The notes: a model not told the origin generated them from the letters alone. 32,000 bases of DNA from Akkermansia muciniphila ATCC BAA-835 (GCF_000020225.1 NC_010655.1:2040001-2072000), one strand, 5' to 3'. Counted from the first letter of the stretch, positions 16,673-26,790 are shown. Numbers and translations: made by a program.

Positions 16673-19438
16673 TCAGGATTGGGCCCGCGGCCCGAAGGCA
16701 GCGGCGATGAGTCTTTTTTGTGCGGCGGCGTGCAGCGCTTTGGCCCCCTCCGCAGGGCAGGCCATGGAGGGGCGGCCCGCATAGCGGAAGGAAGTGGCGA
16801 AGAGGCGTCCCAGCCTGTTCCGCAGGTGGCCCCAGGCCCCCATATTGGAGGGTTCTTCCTGGCACCAGACGAAGTCGCGCACTTTTTGGTAGGGCGCCAG
16901 CAGATAGGTAAGCTGTTCCTGCGCCAGAGGATAGATTTGTTCCAGACGGATGATTACCGTGTCTGAAATATTCCGTTCCCTGCGGTAGGCAGCCAGGTCA
17001 TAATAGATTTTCCCGGTGCAGAAGACGGCGCGCGTGACCTGGTCCGGCGCGGGAGTATCCGGATCCGGCAGCACTTCGCGGAAACGGGTGGAGGCCAGGA
17101 ATTCCCGGTGCGGGGAGACGGCCTCCGGACGGGAGAGCAGGCTTTTGGGCGTGAAAATAATCAGGGGTTTGTGCACGTTCCGGTGCACCTGGCGGCGCAG
17201 GGCGTGGAAATACTGGGCCGGAGTGGTGGGATTGATGACCTGCATGTTGTCATCCGCACAAAGCTGTAGGTAGCGTTCCATGCGGGCGCTGGAGTGTTCC
17301 GAGCCTGCTCCTTCATAACCGTGGGGTAGCAGAAGTACCATGCGGTTCTTCTGGTTCCATTTGGCTTCTGCGGCAGCAATGAATTGGTCCACGATGACCT
17401 GGGCCCCGTTGGAAAAGTCCCCGAATTGGGCCTCCCACATGACCAGCGCGTCCGGACTTTCCAGCGCGTAGCCGTATTCAAAGCCCAATACGGAGGCTTC
17501 CGACAGGGATGAGTTGTAAATGCGGAATGCGGTGGTGCCGTGGTTCAGTTTTTCCAGGGGAGTGTACAGGGAGCCGTCATTGAAGTCGTGCAGGACGGCG
17601 TGCCGCTGGGAGAAGGTGCCGCGCTGGCAGTCCTGTCCGGACAGGCGCACGGTGTGGTTTTCCGTGAGCAGGCTGCCCCATGCCAGGGATTCCGCCATGG
17701 CCCAGTCCAGCAGGCCGCCTTCCCGGAAGGCTTCCCGGCGGCGGGCCAGGAAGCGTTTTTCCAGCGTGGGGTGGGGCGTGAAGCTGTCCGGAAGTTCCGT
17801 AAGGATACTTCCGACGCGCTGGAACAGTTCCGGACTGATTCCCGTCCGCGTGCTGGTGCGCGGGAGGGGCGTTTCATCCGCATCCTGCGCGGTGGCGGGC
17901 AGGATGTAGTCCGCGGGGTTTTCCTTCATTTGCAGGTAGGCCTGTTCCATACCTTCCCAAAGGTCATTCCGAATGTCCCGCTCCTGTTGTTCCGTCAATT
18001 CCCCTCTCTTTCTGAGCGCCGTCCCATACAGGGCGGCAGCGGTGGGGCGCGCCTCAATCCGCTTGGTCTGCATGGGCGCGGTGAAGGCGGCCTGGTCCGT
18101 TTCATTGTGGCCCAGACGGCGGTAACAGTACATGTCCAGAATGATGTCCCTTCCGAATTCCTGGCGGAACTGGAGCGCGAAGTCCGCCGCCCACACCAGG
18201 TCTTCCGGGCTTTCTCCGTTGATGTGCAGGATGGGGGATTGGAGCATCTGCGCCACGTCCGTGGCGTAGCGGGAGGAGCGGGCTTCGTCCGGGCTGGTGG
18301 TGAAGCCGATCTGGTTGTTGATGACGAGGTGCACGGTGCCGCCCGTGCGGTAACCTTTCAGCAGGGAGAGATTGAGTACTTCCGCCACGATGCCCTGTCC
18401 TGAGAAAGCGGCGTCCCCGTGCAGGACGAGCGGCAGCACACGCTTGCGTTCCGCGTCTTGCAGGTTGTGCTGCATGGCCCTGGCCCTGCCTTCCACCACA
18501 GGATACACGGCTTCCAGATGGCTGGGATTGGAGGAAAGGCGGATATGGAGTTCTTTACCGTCCACATGACGTGTGGCGGCGTAACCGAGGTGGTATTTGA
18601 CGTCGCTCCTGCCGATGGGGGATTCCGGCAGGTAGTCCGGCGTGAATTCGCGGAAGATGGTTTTCAGCGGTTTGTGGAGAATATTGGCGAGCACATTCAG
18701 CCTTCCGCGGTGGGCCATGCCCATTTCAATGTGAGAGACTCCGGCGGCGGGGCAGCGCTTGATCATGGCGTCCAGCAGGACGATGGCTCCTTCCCCTCCT
18801 TCCAGGGAAAAGCGTTTTTCCCCCATGAAGCGCTTGCCCAGGAATTCCTCAAACAGTTCCGCCTTGCAGAGATGGAACAAGGCTTCTCTCCGGACTTCCG
18901 GGCCATAATCCACGCCGTTTGCCCGGAGCTGGATTTTTTCTTCAATCCAGGAGCGGATTTTAAGATTGTCTATGTGGTGGTATTCAAATCCGATGGCTCC
19001 ACAATAGATTTTTTGCAGCCTAGTGATGATTTCACGGAGCGTGAACGTTCCTCCGTCCATGAAGGTGCCGATGTTGACGGGCTGGTCCATATCCTCCTCT
19101 CGGAATCCCATATCTTCCGGATTGACGGGGCAACCGGTCTGGTCCGGAGGAGCCAGCGGGTTAAAGCGGGCGCATTGGTGTCCCATGACCCGGTAGGCCC
19201 GGATGAGCTGGTTGACGCGCCCGCGGCGTTCCGCGCTTTCCGGAGGAACGGTGTAGGGGGATGTGTCCGCGGCGTTCCCCGCATTTTCTTTTTCCCGGGG
19301 GGCTCCACCGCTCCCCAGTTCGTAGCCGTCGAACCAGGCGGCCCAGAGAGGGTCCACGGACAGGGGATCGTTTTTCCATGATTGATGGAGCGCCGTAATT
19401 TCCTCCGGCGGGAGTTTGGAGAAGATGGAGGCATTCAT
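16673..19438 (-). CDS. sucA: 2-oxoglutarate dehydrogenase E1 component
   Basis: 921 aa. Typical SucA N-terminus (...WFDGYELGSGG), RGHQ-like motif RVMGHQCARFNPL, ThDP region GMAHRGRLNVLAN...LHGDAAFSGQG, and LLPHGYEGAGSEHSSAR. Confidence 0.95.
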   Translation of the reverse strand: MNASIFSKLPPEEITALHQSWKNDPLSVDPLWAAWFDGYELGSGGAPREKENAGNAADTSPYTVPPESAERRGRVNQLIRAYRVMGHQCARFNPLAPPDQTGCPVNPEDMGFREEDMDQPVNIGTFMDGGTFTLREIITRLQKIYCGAIGFEYHHIDNLKIRSWIEEKIQLRANGVDYGPEVRREALFHLCKAELFEEFLGKRFMGEKRFSLEGGEGAIVLLDAMIKRCPAAGVSHIEMGMAHRGRLNVLANILHKPLKTIFREFTPDYLPESPIGRSDVKYHLGYAATRHVDGKELHIRLSSNPSHLEAVYPVVEGRARAMQHNLQDAERKRVLPLVLHGDAAFSGQGIVAEVLNLSLLKGYRTGGTVHLVINNQIGFTTSPDEARSSRYATDVAQMLQSPILHINGESPEDLVWAADFALQFRQEFGRDIILDMYCYRRLGHNETDQAAFTAPMQTKRIEARPTAAALYGTALRKRGELTEQQERDIRNDLWEGMEQAYLQMKENPADYILPATAQDADETPLPRTSTRTGISPELFQRVGSILTELPDSFTPHPTLEKRFLARRREAFREGGLLDWAMAESLAWGSLLTENHTVRLSGQDCQRGTFSQRHAVLHDFNDGSLYTPLEKLNHGTTAFRIYNSSLSEASVLGFEYGYALESPDALVMWEAQFGDFSNGAQVIVDQFIAAAEAKWNQKNRMVLLLPHGYEGAGSEHSSARMERYLQLCADDNMQVINPTTPAQYFHALRRQVHRNVHKPLIIFTPKSLLSRPEAVSPHREFLASTRFREVLPDPDTPAPDQVTRAVFCTGKIYYDLAAYRRERNISDTVIIRLEQIYPLAQEQLTYLLAPYQKVRDFVWCQEEPSNMGAWGHLRNRLGRLFATSFRYAGRPSMACPAEGAKALHAAAQKRLIAAAFGPRAQS

Positions 19439-19501
19439 GCGGCAGGGCGGATGGTACAGGGCGTTTTCGGTTCGCTGATCGCTATTTTTGCCCGCAGGGC
19501 A

Positions 19502-20539
19502 TCAGTAACTGTGTTCGTTGAGCTGGACTTTTCCGCGGAAGACCCAGTAAATGGCAGCGGAATAAGCCAGGACGAGCGGCACGCCCAGAATGGCTATGTA
19601 TGTCATCACGACCAGGCTTTCCCGGGTGGATGAGCCGTTGGCGAGCGTCAGGGAATGTTCCGGATTGGGCATGGAGTAGAGCAGGTTGGGGAACATCGCT
19701 GTCCCGAAGAGAGCCATCATGCAGCCCATGGTGGAGCAGGAGGCGACAAAGGCCCAGCCCGGACGGTTCCTGTGGATGAATATCCAGATGGACGCGATGG
19801 AAATGACTGCCAGGGCAGCGATTCCGTAAATCCAGGGGGAGCGTTCCAGGGCGGCCGCTACGTGCGGCACGTACAGCAGGGTGGCCGCCCCGTGCAGGAT
19901 GATCAGGACAGTGAAGATGATGACGCAGGGTCTGAGCAGTTTTCTGATTTGTTCCTGCAGGCTTCCCTGGGTTTTCATCAGCAGGTAGATTCCCCCGTGC
20001 ATGGAGAACAGGGCGACCGTCGTCAGTCCCAGAAGAATGGAATAAGGATTCAGCAGGCTGAGAAATGTTCCGGTGAAGTTGCCATGGTCGTCCAGAGGAA
20101 TGCCTTTGGTGACGTTCCCCATGGCTACGCCGATGAGCAGAGCTGCCAGAAGGCTGCTGATGGAGAAAGTGGTGTCCCATCCCCTGCGCCACCATTTCAT
20201 GGGCTGTTTGCTTCTGAATTCAATGGACACGGCACGGAAGATAAGGGTGAGCAGCAGGAGCATGAAGGCCAGGTAAAACCCGGAGAAGACGGAGGCGTAT
20301 ACGTACGGAAAGGCAGCGAAGAGGGCTCCTCCGCCTGTGATGAGCCAGACTTCGTTTCCGTCCCATACAGGGCCCACGGCATTTAGTGTGAGTCTTCTGT
20401 TTTCATCGCCCTTGATGAAAAGCTGAAGAGCTCCGGTGCCCAGGTCAAAGCCGTCCAGGATGGCGTATCCGGAGAAAAGCACGCCGACGAGGATGAACCA
20501 GATGATTTGCAGGTCTGCGAGAGTGAGATTGTCCAACAT
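19502..20539 (-). CDS. cydB: Cytochrome bd ubiquinol oxidase subunit II
   Basis: The internal ATG at 20539 gives MLDNLTLADLQIIWFILVGVLFSGYAILDGFDLGTG, a canonical CydB start. The protein is polytopic membrane. The 50 residues added by the longer track ORF overlap the cydA 3' end and look non-native. Confidence 0.93.
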   Translation of the reverse strand: MLDNLTLADLQIIWFILVGVLFSGYAILDGFDLGTGALQLFIKGDENRRLTLNAVGPVWDGNEVWLITGGGALFAAFPYVYASVFSGFYLAFMLLLLTLIFRAVSIEFRSKQPMKWWRRGWDTTFSISSLLAALLIGVAMGNVTKGIPLDDHGNFTGTFLSLLNPYSILLGLTTVALFSMHGGIYLLMKTQGSLQEQIRKLLRPCVIIFTVLIILHGAATLLYVPHVAAALERSPWIYGIAALAVISIASIWIFIHRNRPGWAFVASCSTMGCMMALFGTAMFPNLLYSMPNPEHSLTLANGSSTRESLVVMTYIAILGVPLVLAYSAAIYWVFRGKVQLNEHSY

Positions 20540-20561
20540 GATTTTTAAAGAGGGATAAAGA

Positions 20562-21941
20562 TTAGTCTTTGACAAAAGGAACCTGGAGTTTGCCTTCCCC
20601 GGCGCCGTCGTCTTCGCCAGCTTCCTGGTCCGGACCTTTGTGGATCTTATGGGTGATTTGATAGAGGAAGAGGGCCAGCAGCAGGGCATAAATGACGAAG
20701 AACATACCCAGGGAGGAAAGGGCTTCCGCCGCGGTGAGGGTGGGGGATACGGCGTGTTCCGTTCTCAGGATGCCGTACACAATCCATGGCTGGCGCCCCA
20801 GTTCCGCTACGGCCCAGCCCGCCTGGTTGGCTATTTGCGGGCCCAGTACGGAGAAAACAAAGCACCAGAGCAGCCAGCGCTTCTGGAAGAGCCAGCCTCT
20901 TTTCCACCCCCACAGGCCCGCCAGAAACAGGGCCGCCAGGGCGCAGCCGATCAGGATCATGAGATGGAAGGAGTAAAAGACGGGCAGGATGGGAGGGCGT
21001 TCGTCCTGCGGGATGTCGTTCATGCCGGTGATGGACGTGTCCAGGTCGTGATGGGTCAGGAGGGTGAGCAAGTACGGGATGGAGATTCCCGTCACTTCAT
21101 GGGTGGACGGGTTCATCCAGCCGATGAGATGGAGGTCCTGAGGGGCGCCGGATTCCATGACGCCTTCCATAGCCGCGAATTTGGCAGGCTGGTGGACGGA
21201 GACTTCTCGTGCGCTGGAATCTCCCGTGATGCCCATGCCAGCCACGCCGATGAGGCCGATGACCAATGCCACCTTGAAGCTTTTTTCCGATCCTCCGGTA
21301 AAACGTTTTTTCAAAATATACCAGGCGGAGACGCTGAGGACGAGCGTGGCTCCCGCCAGCCAGCAGCCGGCGAGCGCGTGCGTCAGGCGGTCCACGGTGG
21401 ACGGATTGAAGACCACGTCATAGAAGCTGGTTATATGGGCCTGGATTTTCCCGTTTACTTCCACCAGCTTGTATCCGGCGGGAGTCTGCATCCAGGAGTT
21501 GGCCACAATGATCCAGATGGCGCTGAAATGGGCGCCAAGAGCGACCATGCAGGAGGAAAGAAAGTGCATTTTTGGGCCCACCTTGTCCCAGCCGAAAAGC
21601 AGGATGGCCAGGAAGCCTGATTCCAGGAAGAAGGCGAAGATTCCCTCCGCCGCCAGGGGGCTGCCAAAGATGTCGCCTACGCAGCGGGAATAATCCGCCC
21701 AGTTGGTGCCGAACTGGAATTCCATCACGATGCCGGAGGCTACGCCAAGGGCGAAGATGATACCGAAGATTCTGGTCCAGAATTTGGCCTGCTTGTGGTA
21801 GAGGTCATTCTTCGTTTTCAGCCACAGGCCTTCCAGGGCGACCAGAACCACCCCCAGGCCGATGGTCATCGGCGGGAAGATGTAGTGGAACATGATCGTG
21901 ATGGCGAATTGGAGACGGGATAATAAGACCGGATCGTCCAT
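20562..21941 (-). CDS. cydA: Cytochrome bd ubiquinol oxidase subunit I
   Basis: [30 protein letters not shown] is a canonical CydA N-terminus with the haem-ligand His. A Q-loop region is present, together with [12 protein letters not shown]. 459 aa. Confidence 0.95.
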   Translation of the reverse strand: MDDPVLLSRLQFAITIMFHYIFPPMTIGLGVVLVALEGLWLKTKNDLYHKQAKFWTRIFGIIFALGVASGIVMEFQFGTNWADYSRCVGDIFGSPLAAEGIFAFFLESGFLAILLFGWDKVGPKMHFLSSCMVALGAHFSAIWIIVANSWMQTPAGYKLVEVNGKIQAHITSFYDVVFNPSTVDRLTHALAGCWLAGATLVLSVSAWYILKKRFTGGSEKSFKVALVIGLIGVAGMGITGDSSAREVSVHQPAKFAAMEGVMESGAPQDLHLIGWMNPSTHEVTGISIPYLLTLLTHHDLDTSITGMNDIPQDERPPILPVFYSFHLMILIGCALAALFLAGLWGWKRGWLFQKRWLLWCFVFSVLGPQIANQAGWAVAELGRQPWIVYGILRTEHAVSPTLTAAEALSSLGMFFVIYALLLALFLYQITHKIHKGPDQEAGEDDGAGEGKLQVPFVKD

Positions 21942-22092
21942 GATTGATTGGGGATGAGTGGATGTTTATGGAACAGGAGGACGGCAGCCAAACACCGATA
22001 CCTTCATACTTTATACATCCCAAGAGACCCTTTGTTCAATTATTTTCCTTTTCCGTGGATAACTTTTTAGATTACGTCTAGAAAAGAAAGGC

Positions 22093-22563
22093 TTAACACT
22101 GGATGAACACGTCCATCCCTTCTTCCGCCAGAGCAAAAAGAGCCATCATGTCCCTGGGAGAAAGGCGTATGCAGCCATGGGAAGCCGGGGTGCCCAGCAG
22201 TTCCGTATCGTTGGTGCCGTGGATGTAAATATAGCGGCTCCGGGTATTGGCGTTGTGCGGTTCCAGTCCGTCCAGCCACAGAATGCGGGTCAGGATGAAG
22301 TCGGAATGTTCATTCAGACTTTTCGGGATGGCGGTGGGATAGCGGCCTGCCGGAAGGCGTGAGATGAAAATAGTGTCCTCCGGTTCTCCGTCTCCGATTT
22401 TTTTGCAGATGCGGAAATGACCTGTGGGGGTTTTCCCGGAACCTTCTTCATGGCCTGTACCTGCCTTCCCGCTGGAAACGGGGCATTGGAGCAGGATTTT
22501 TCCGGATTTTTCCAGCACCAGTTCCTGGCGGGGCAGATTAATGCGTATGGAAGGGGAAGCCAT
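22093..22563 (-). CDS. L,D-transpeptidase (YkuD domain) protein without recognisable signal peptide
   Basis: Catalytic motif IHGTNDTELLGTPASHGCIRLSPRDM (His...SxGCxR). The first ATG is at 22563 (MASPSIRINLPRQ). The track start at 22581 is a TTG. Confidence 0.85.
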   Translation of the reverse strand: MASPSIRINLPRQELVLEKSGKILLQCPVSSGKAGTGHEEGSGKTPTGHFRICKKIGDGEPEDTIFISRLPAGRYPTAIPKSLNEHSDFILTRILWLDGLEPHNANTRSRYIYIHGTNDTELLGTPASHGCIRLSPRDMMALFALAEEGMDVFIQC

Positions 22564-22589
22564 GACGGGGGAAGGAGTCAAAGATGTTG

Positions 22590-23045
22590 CTACTCCTGTT
22601 GCTCCATCCGGGCAATGATGGCCTGGATGGCGGTTGTCAATTGCCGCGCTACATTGTTGTAGGCTGTCTGTCCGCAGCCGATGGGGTCGGCGATGCCGCG
22701 GTTGCCCGTGTAGCAGGTGACCAGCCTGACCTTGTCCGCATGTTCGGGGAAATTGGCAAGCAGGGCGGCCAGGTGGCTTTCCGTCATGGCGTAGACATCT
22801 GTGGCGTTTTTCATCAGTTCATCCGTAACAGGGCGGCTTTCATGGCTGGAGAGATTGACGCCATGCTCCCGGAGGACGTGGAGCGTTTCCGGACTGGCTG
22901 CCTGCCCGGGCCATGCGGCTGTTCCTGCGGAACCGGCCTGCCATTCCGGATGGTGCGCGGAAAGTTTCCGGAACAGGCCTTCCGCCATGGGGCTGCGGCA
23001 GGTGTTGCCGGTGCAGATGAAGAGGATGTGCTTGCGCTGTGTCAT
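22590..23045 (-). CDS. Low-molecular-weight protein-tyrosine phosphatase
   Basis: P-loop ILFICTGNTCRSPMAEG (CX5R-S) at the N-terminus and the DP general-acid motif IADPIG. 151 aa. Its ATG overlaps the stop of the upstream gene (ATGA at 23042-23045). Confidence 0.9.
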   Translation of the reverse strand: MTQRKHILFICTGNTCRSPMAEGLFRKLSAHHPEWQAGSAGTAAWPGQAASPETLHVLREHGVNLSSHESRPVTDELMKNATDVYAMTESHLAALLANFPEHADKVRLVTCYTGNRGIADPIGCGQTAYNNVARQLTTAIQAIIARMEQQE

Positions 23046-24511
23046 GAGTCGGGGCGTTCTCTTTTGGAGTGATGGGGGATAGGTACTTCGTTGGGTTCCT
23101 GATACAAGTTGTCCGGGGGCAGCACATAGCCGGCTCCGCTGCCTTCCGACGAGGGGGGGGCGTCGTCTTCTTCATCTTCATCCTCTGCATCGCGGGAGGG
23201 GGGGGAAAGCTGGGGGAACAGACTGCACGCCAGGGCTACGCACAGCACCGCCGTTACGGGAGTCATGACGGGGAACCATGTATCATGAGCGGAAAACAGG
23301 TACCATGCAATGAACGGAACGAACAGGATACAGAGGCCCCAGGTGATGAAGCGCCCTCTGCGTTGGAAACGCGAAGCCCATACGGACAGAAGCAGGACAT
23401 CCAGCACGATGATCCATTGTACCCAGGCGGGGGCTATGGGAATCAGGACGGCAGGGGCAGGGGCAAGCGCTCCCATGATGCTGCGGACAGTTTGCGCCGC
23501 CAGAAGGGATTGCGCGTCCGGCGTGTCGGAAAGGGCGGATGGTTCGGAAACAAGTACCGCATCCGCAGAGGAAAGCAGTTTTCTGACGGCAGTAGTATCC
23601 GGCGGGCGCAGGCCGGACATGACGGGGACGATTACTTCCTTGGTGTCCAGAATGGTGGGGCTGCTGTTTGCCGCCAGGGGGATGCGGCCGTGTTTATCCA
23701 GAGGAATGGAGCGTTTGCCGCCCAGAAAAAGGGTGTCTCCCGGAATGATTCTGACATCACCGGGTTTCAGATCCAGGGCATTCAGAGCGGCGACCAGAGG
23801 AAGAGTGGGAATGATATCCCCGCCCCAGCGGATGAAAAGCGGAAGGGAGACCCTGTTTTCCGGAGCTGGGGAAAACAGCTCGTTATTCTCCACGACGGTT
23901 CCCAGGGAGGGGGCTGACGTGGTTATTTGCGGAGGTTTCCCTACGAACCTGTCCGCGCGCGGGAACTGGTCCGTCTTTCCTACGATGTTGGAAGCGGGAA
24001 TAATCAAGTCTTTCCAATCCGGCGGAAGGGGCGAGTGGCGGGCGGATTCGCTCATTTGCCGGCCCAGAGCCTTGTGGAGGAAGCGGTCCAGTTCATACCC
24101 CACGGCGGCTTTGACGATGCTGTCCGGCTTTTCTTCCCAGGTCATGGGGGACATCACGTAAACATTCCTGGCTCCCTGTTCATACAGGTGCCGGAACAGC
24201 ACTGTGTAATCCATGGGATTGGGAGGATAGGAGGCGAAACTGTTCAGTGATGATTCCCGGTGCAGGGAAACCACGGGAAGCTGGGCCGTCTGCCCTTTGT
24301 TGAAGTAATCGTAGGGCTGGAGGACGATGCTGTTTTCCGTATTCAGCCCTTCCGGGTGAACAGTCCGGTATTCCTCAGCCAGCAAATGTTCCGCTGCCTG
24401 TTCATAACAGAAAATGGTAGGAGGAAGAAGCACATACCCCAGAATCCAGCCCAGCCCCAGGGAAATCTGGAACAGGGACAGGACAAGCAGGAATTTGGGG
24501 GGAAGCGTCAT
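23042..24511 (-). CDS. Membrane protein with CHASE2-like extracytoplasmic domain, three C-terminal TM helices and a short acidic cytoplasmic tail; no output domain
   Basis: 489 aa with N-terminal TM FLLVLSLFQISLGLGWILGYVLL. About 330 aa of extracytoplasmic region contain CHASE2-like blocks: YPPNPMDYTVLFRHLYEQGARNVYVMSP, LPLFIRWGGDIIPTLPLVAALNAL and IPLDKHGRIPL. Three hydrophobic helices follow, then the tail SRDAEDEDEEDDAPP...YVLPPDNLYQEPNEV. The domain call is by eye only. Confidence 0.55.
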   Translation of the reverse strand: MTLPPKFLLVLSLFQISLGLGWILGYVLLPPTIFCYEQAAEHLLAEEYRTVHPEGLNTENSIVLQPYDYFNKGQTAQLPVVSLHRESSLNSFASYPPNPMDYTVLFRHLYEQGARNVYVMSPMTWEEKPDSIVKAAVGYELDRFLHKALGRQMSESARHSPLPPDWKDLIIPASNIVGKTDQFPRADRFVGKPPQITTSAPSLGTVVENNELFSPAPENRVSLPLFIRWGGDIIPTLPLVAALNALDLKPGDVRIIPGDTLFLGGKRSIPLDKHGRIPLAANSSPTILDTKEVIVPVMSGLRPPDTTAVRKLLSSADAVLVSEPSALSDTPDAQSLLAAQTVRSIMGALAPAPAVLIPIAPAWVQWIIVLDVLLLSVWASRFQRRGRFITWGLCILFVPFIAWYLFSAHDTWFPVMTPVTAVLCVALACSLFPQLSPPSRDAEDEDEEDDAPPSSEGSGAGYVLPPDNLYQEPNEVPIPHHSKRERPDS

Positions 24512-24529
24512 CAGAGGGGCTGGGAAAAA

Positions 24530-25468
24530 TCATGCTAGCATAGCAGCCAGCGGTTCTGCAAGCGTGGAGCCGGGCAGAAGCTTCCGCAGGTGTCCCAGCC
24601 CGGCGGGAATCTGAGCCAGATACCAGGTTTTTCCCTGATTGTGGCCGATATTGGCGTAAGCGCCCAGCATCTGCATAATCCGTTGCAGGGCGCAGGCACG
24701 GAAAATGCGGTGATCTATGGAGTGAGCGGAGATATTTTCCCACTCCCTGAGCAATTCATCCGCCTGTTCCGGTTCCAGACGGGCGTAGCCGTCATAGACC
24801 AGGGAGGCCAGATCATATTCCGGACGGCCGCCGCGCATGCCCTGAAAATCAATCAGCCAGGTTTTTCCCGCGTGGATATGCACGTTCTGGGACTGGCTGT
24901 CCCGGTGGACGGGGCATTCCGGAAGGGCCGCCAGAAACTGCGCCTGCTCTTTCAGGGCGGGATGGTTCAGGAAAGAAGCTGTTTCCAACCCCAGGTGGGA
25001 TCCCAGGAAATGTTCAGCAAAATAGGACTGCTCCCAGCGGTACAAGGCCTCGTCAAAAGCGGGCTGGAGGGGGAATTCCTCCGGAAACGGGCAGGAGTGA
25101 AGCAGATGGAGTTGTTCCATAGCCCGGATGTAGCGCAGGCGCAGGGAAGGCCAGGGTTCTTTCCGGAAAGCCAGCAGGTTGGCGTCTCCCAGGTCTTCCA
25201 CCAAGGCGGCTCCGCATCCGGGACCAAGAGGTTCATAATCGTAAATTTCCGGCACGTTGACACCGTGGGCGTGCAGATGCCGGGCTGCGGGGATAAAAGA
25301 ATCATTGTCCGCACGGTCATTTCCCCACTGGATGCCGATGCATGTGCGGCCGCCAAAATGGATGCGGACGATCGTACGGCCGGAGGCTCCCAAAGCCAGG
25401 GGACGGAAATCTTCCTGACGCGGAATAATGTGAAAACTCCGGTGAACCAGACGGGACAATTCTTTCAT
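24530..25468 (-). CDS. Aminoglycoside-phosphotransferase-fold kinase, AmgK-like (anomeric MurNAc/GlcNAc kinase family candidate)
   Basis: Brenner/catalytic motif VHRDSQSQNVHI, then LIDFQGMRGGRPEYDLASLVYD. The preceding block LYRWEQSYFAEHFLG is typical of the COG3178/AmgK group. The start is ATG 25468 (MKELSRLV). The track ORF uses a GTG at 25531, which is an alternative. Confidence 0.7.
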   Translation of the reverse strand: MKELSRLVHRSFHIIPRQEDFRPLALGASGRTIVRIHFGGRTCIGIQWGNDRADNDSFIPAARHLHAHGVNVPEIYDYEPLGPGCGAALVEDLGDANLLAFRKEPWPSLRLRYIRAMEQLHLLHSCPFPEEFPLQPAFDEALYRWEQSYFAEHFLGSHLGLETASFLNHPALKEQAQFLAALPECPVHRDSQSQNVHIHAGKTWLIDFQGMRGGRPEYDLASLVYDGYARLEPEQADELLREWENISAHSIDHRIFRACALQRIMQMLGAYANIGHNQGKTWYLAQIPAGLGHLRKLLPGSTLAEPLAAMLA

Positions 25469-25566
25469 GGAAAGGTGGCGTGGCTGCGTTAAGAGCCTTG
25501 CGTAAGGATGGCGTATGAAGGATGACGGCACCCTTCATACGCCGAAAATGAGGAAAGGCAGGGCAA

Positions 25567-26790
25567 TCAGGCGGGGAACTGGTGGTCTTCCCCATAGCCG
25601 TAATGCTCCACGACGTAATCCACATCCTTGTCTCCGCGGCCGGAGCAGTTTACCAGAATGGCGCCTCCTCTGTTTTCCCGTGCCCACTTCATGGCATACG
25701 CGATAGCGTGGGAGCTTTCCAGAGCGGGAATGATCCCCTCGTAACGGGAAAGTTTGAAGAAGGCGTCCACGGCTTCCTCGTCTGTGGCGGTGACATAGTT
25801 AACGCGGCCGATGTCGTGCAGATAGGCGTGTTCCGGCCCTACGGAAGGATAATCCAGGCCGCTGGCTACGGAATGAACCGGTCCCGGATTACCGTCTTCA
25901 TCCTGGAGCATGATGCTTTCAAAACCGTGCAGGACGCCCTTGCGTCCATAGGTGATGGAGGCGGAATGATCCCCAAGCCTGGGACCTTTGCCGAGGGGTT
26001 CTACGCCATAGATATCCAGCGGGTCTCCCAGGAAGGCGGTAAACATGCCCATGGAATTGCTGCCGCCGCCCACGCAGGCGCAGACGGCGTCCGGCAGAAG
26101 TCCCGTCATTTCCAGGAATTGTTCCCGGGCTTCCACGCCGATGCACATTTGGAAATCGCGCACCATTTGCGGGAAAGGGTGGGGGCCTACCACGGAACCG
26201 ATGCAGTAAATGGAATCCTGATAACTGTTCAGGTAAGATTCAAAGGCGGAATCCACAGCTTCCTTCAAGCTTTGGAGGCCGTGCGTGACAGGAACCACCT
26301 TGGCACCCAGGATTTTCATGCGGGTGACATTCGGAGCCTGCTTGGCAATATCTACCGCTCCCATGTGAATTTCGCATTCCAGGCCGAAGAAGGCGGCGGC
26401 TGTAGCCAGCGCCACGCCATGCTGTCCTGCGCCCGTTTCCGCGATAATGCGCTTCTTGCCCATGTATTTGGCCAGAAGGCCTTCCCCCATGCAATGGTTG
26501 AGCTTATGGGCGCCTGTATGGTTCAAATCTTCCCTCTTCAGGTAAATTTGAGAGGTGCCCAGGTGGCGGGAAAGGCGTTCGCAGTGGTAAACTGGGGTGG
26601 GACGTCCCTGAAACTGTTTGCGGATGCGCCGCAATTCATTAATGAACTGGGCGGAGTGGGCTATCGTCTGGTAGGCTTCCGTAATTTCTTCAAAAGCGGG
26701 AACCAGCTCGTCCGGCAGGTAAACGCCGCCGTATTCGCCAAAACGGCCCTGGGCGTCTGGAAAATTGCGTAAATAAGTATGGAGATCCAT
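25567..26790 (-). CDS. trpB: Tryptophan synthase beta chain (stand-alone; no trpA in window)
   Basis: The internal ATG at 26790 gives [33 protein letters not shown] lysine motif [42 protein letters not shown]. The 68 extra residues of the longer track ORF look non-native. Confidence 0.92.
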   Translation of the reverse strand: MDLHTYLRNFPDAQGRFGEYGGVYLPDELVPAFEEITEAYQTIAHSAQFINELRRIRKQFQGRPTPVYHCERLSRHLGTSQIYLKREDLNHTGAHKLNHCMGEGLLAKYMGKKRIIAETGAGQHGVALATAAAFFGLECEIHMGAVDIAKQAPNVTRMKILGAKVVPVTHGLQSLKEAVDSAFESYLNSYQDSIYCIGSVVGPHPFPQMVRDFQMCIGVEAREQFLEMTGLLPDAVCACVGGGSNSMGMFTAFLGDPLDIYGVEPLGKGPRLGDHSASITYGRKGVLHGFESIMLQDEDGNPGPVHSVASGLDYPSVGPEHAYLHDIGRVNYVTATDEEAVDAFFKLSRYEGIIPALESSHAIAYAMKWARENRGGAILVNCSGRGDKDVDYVVEHYGYGEDHQFPA

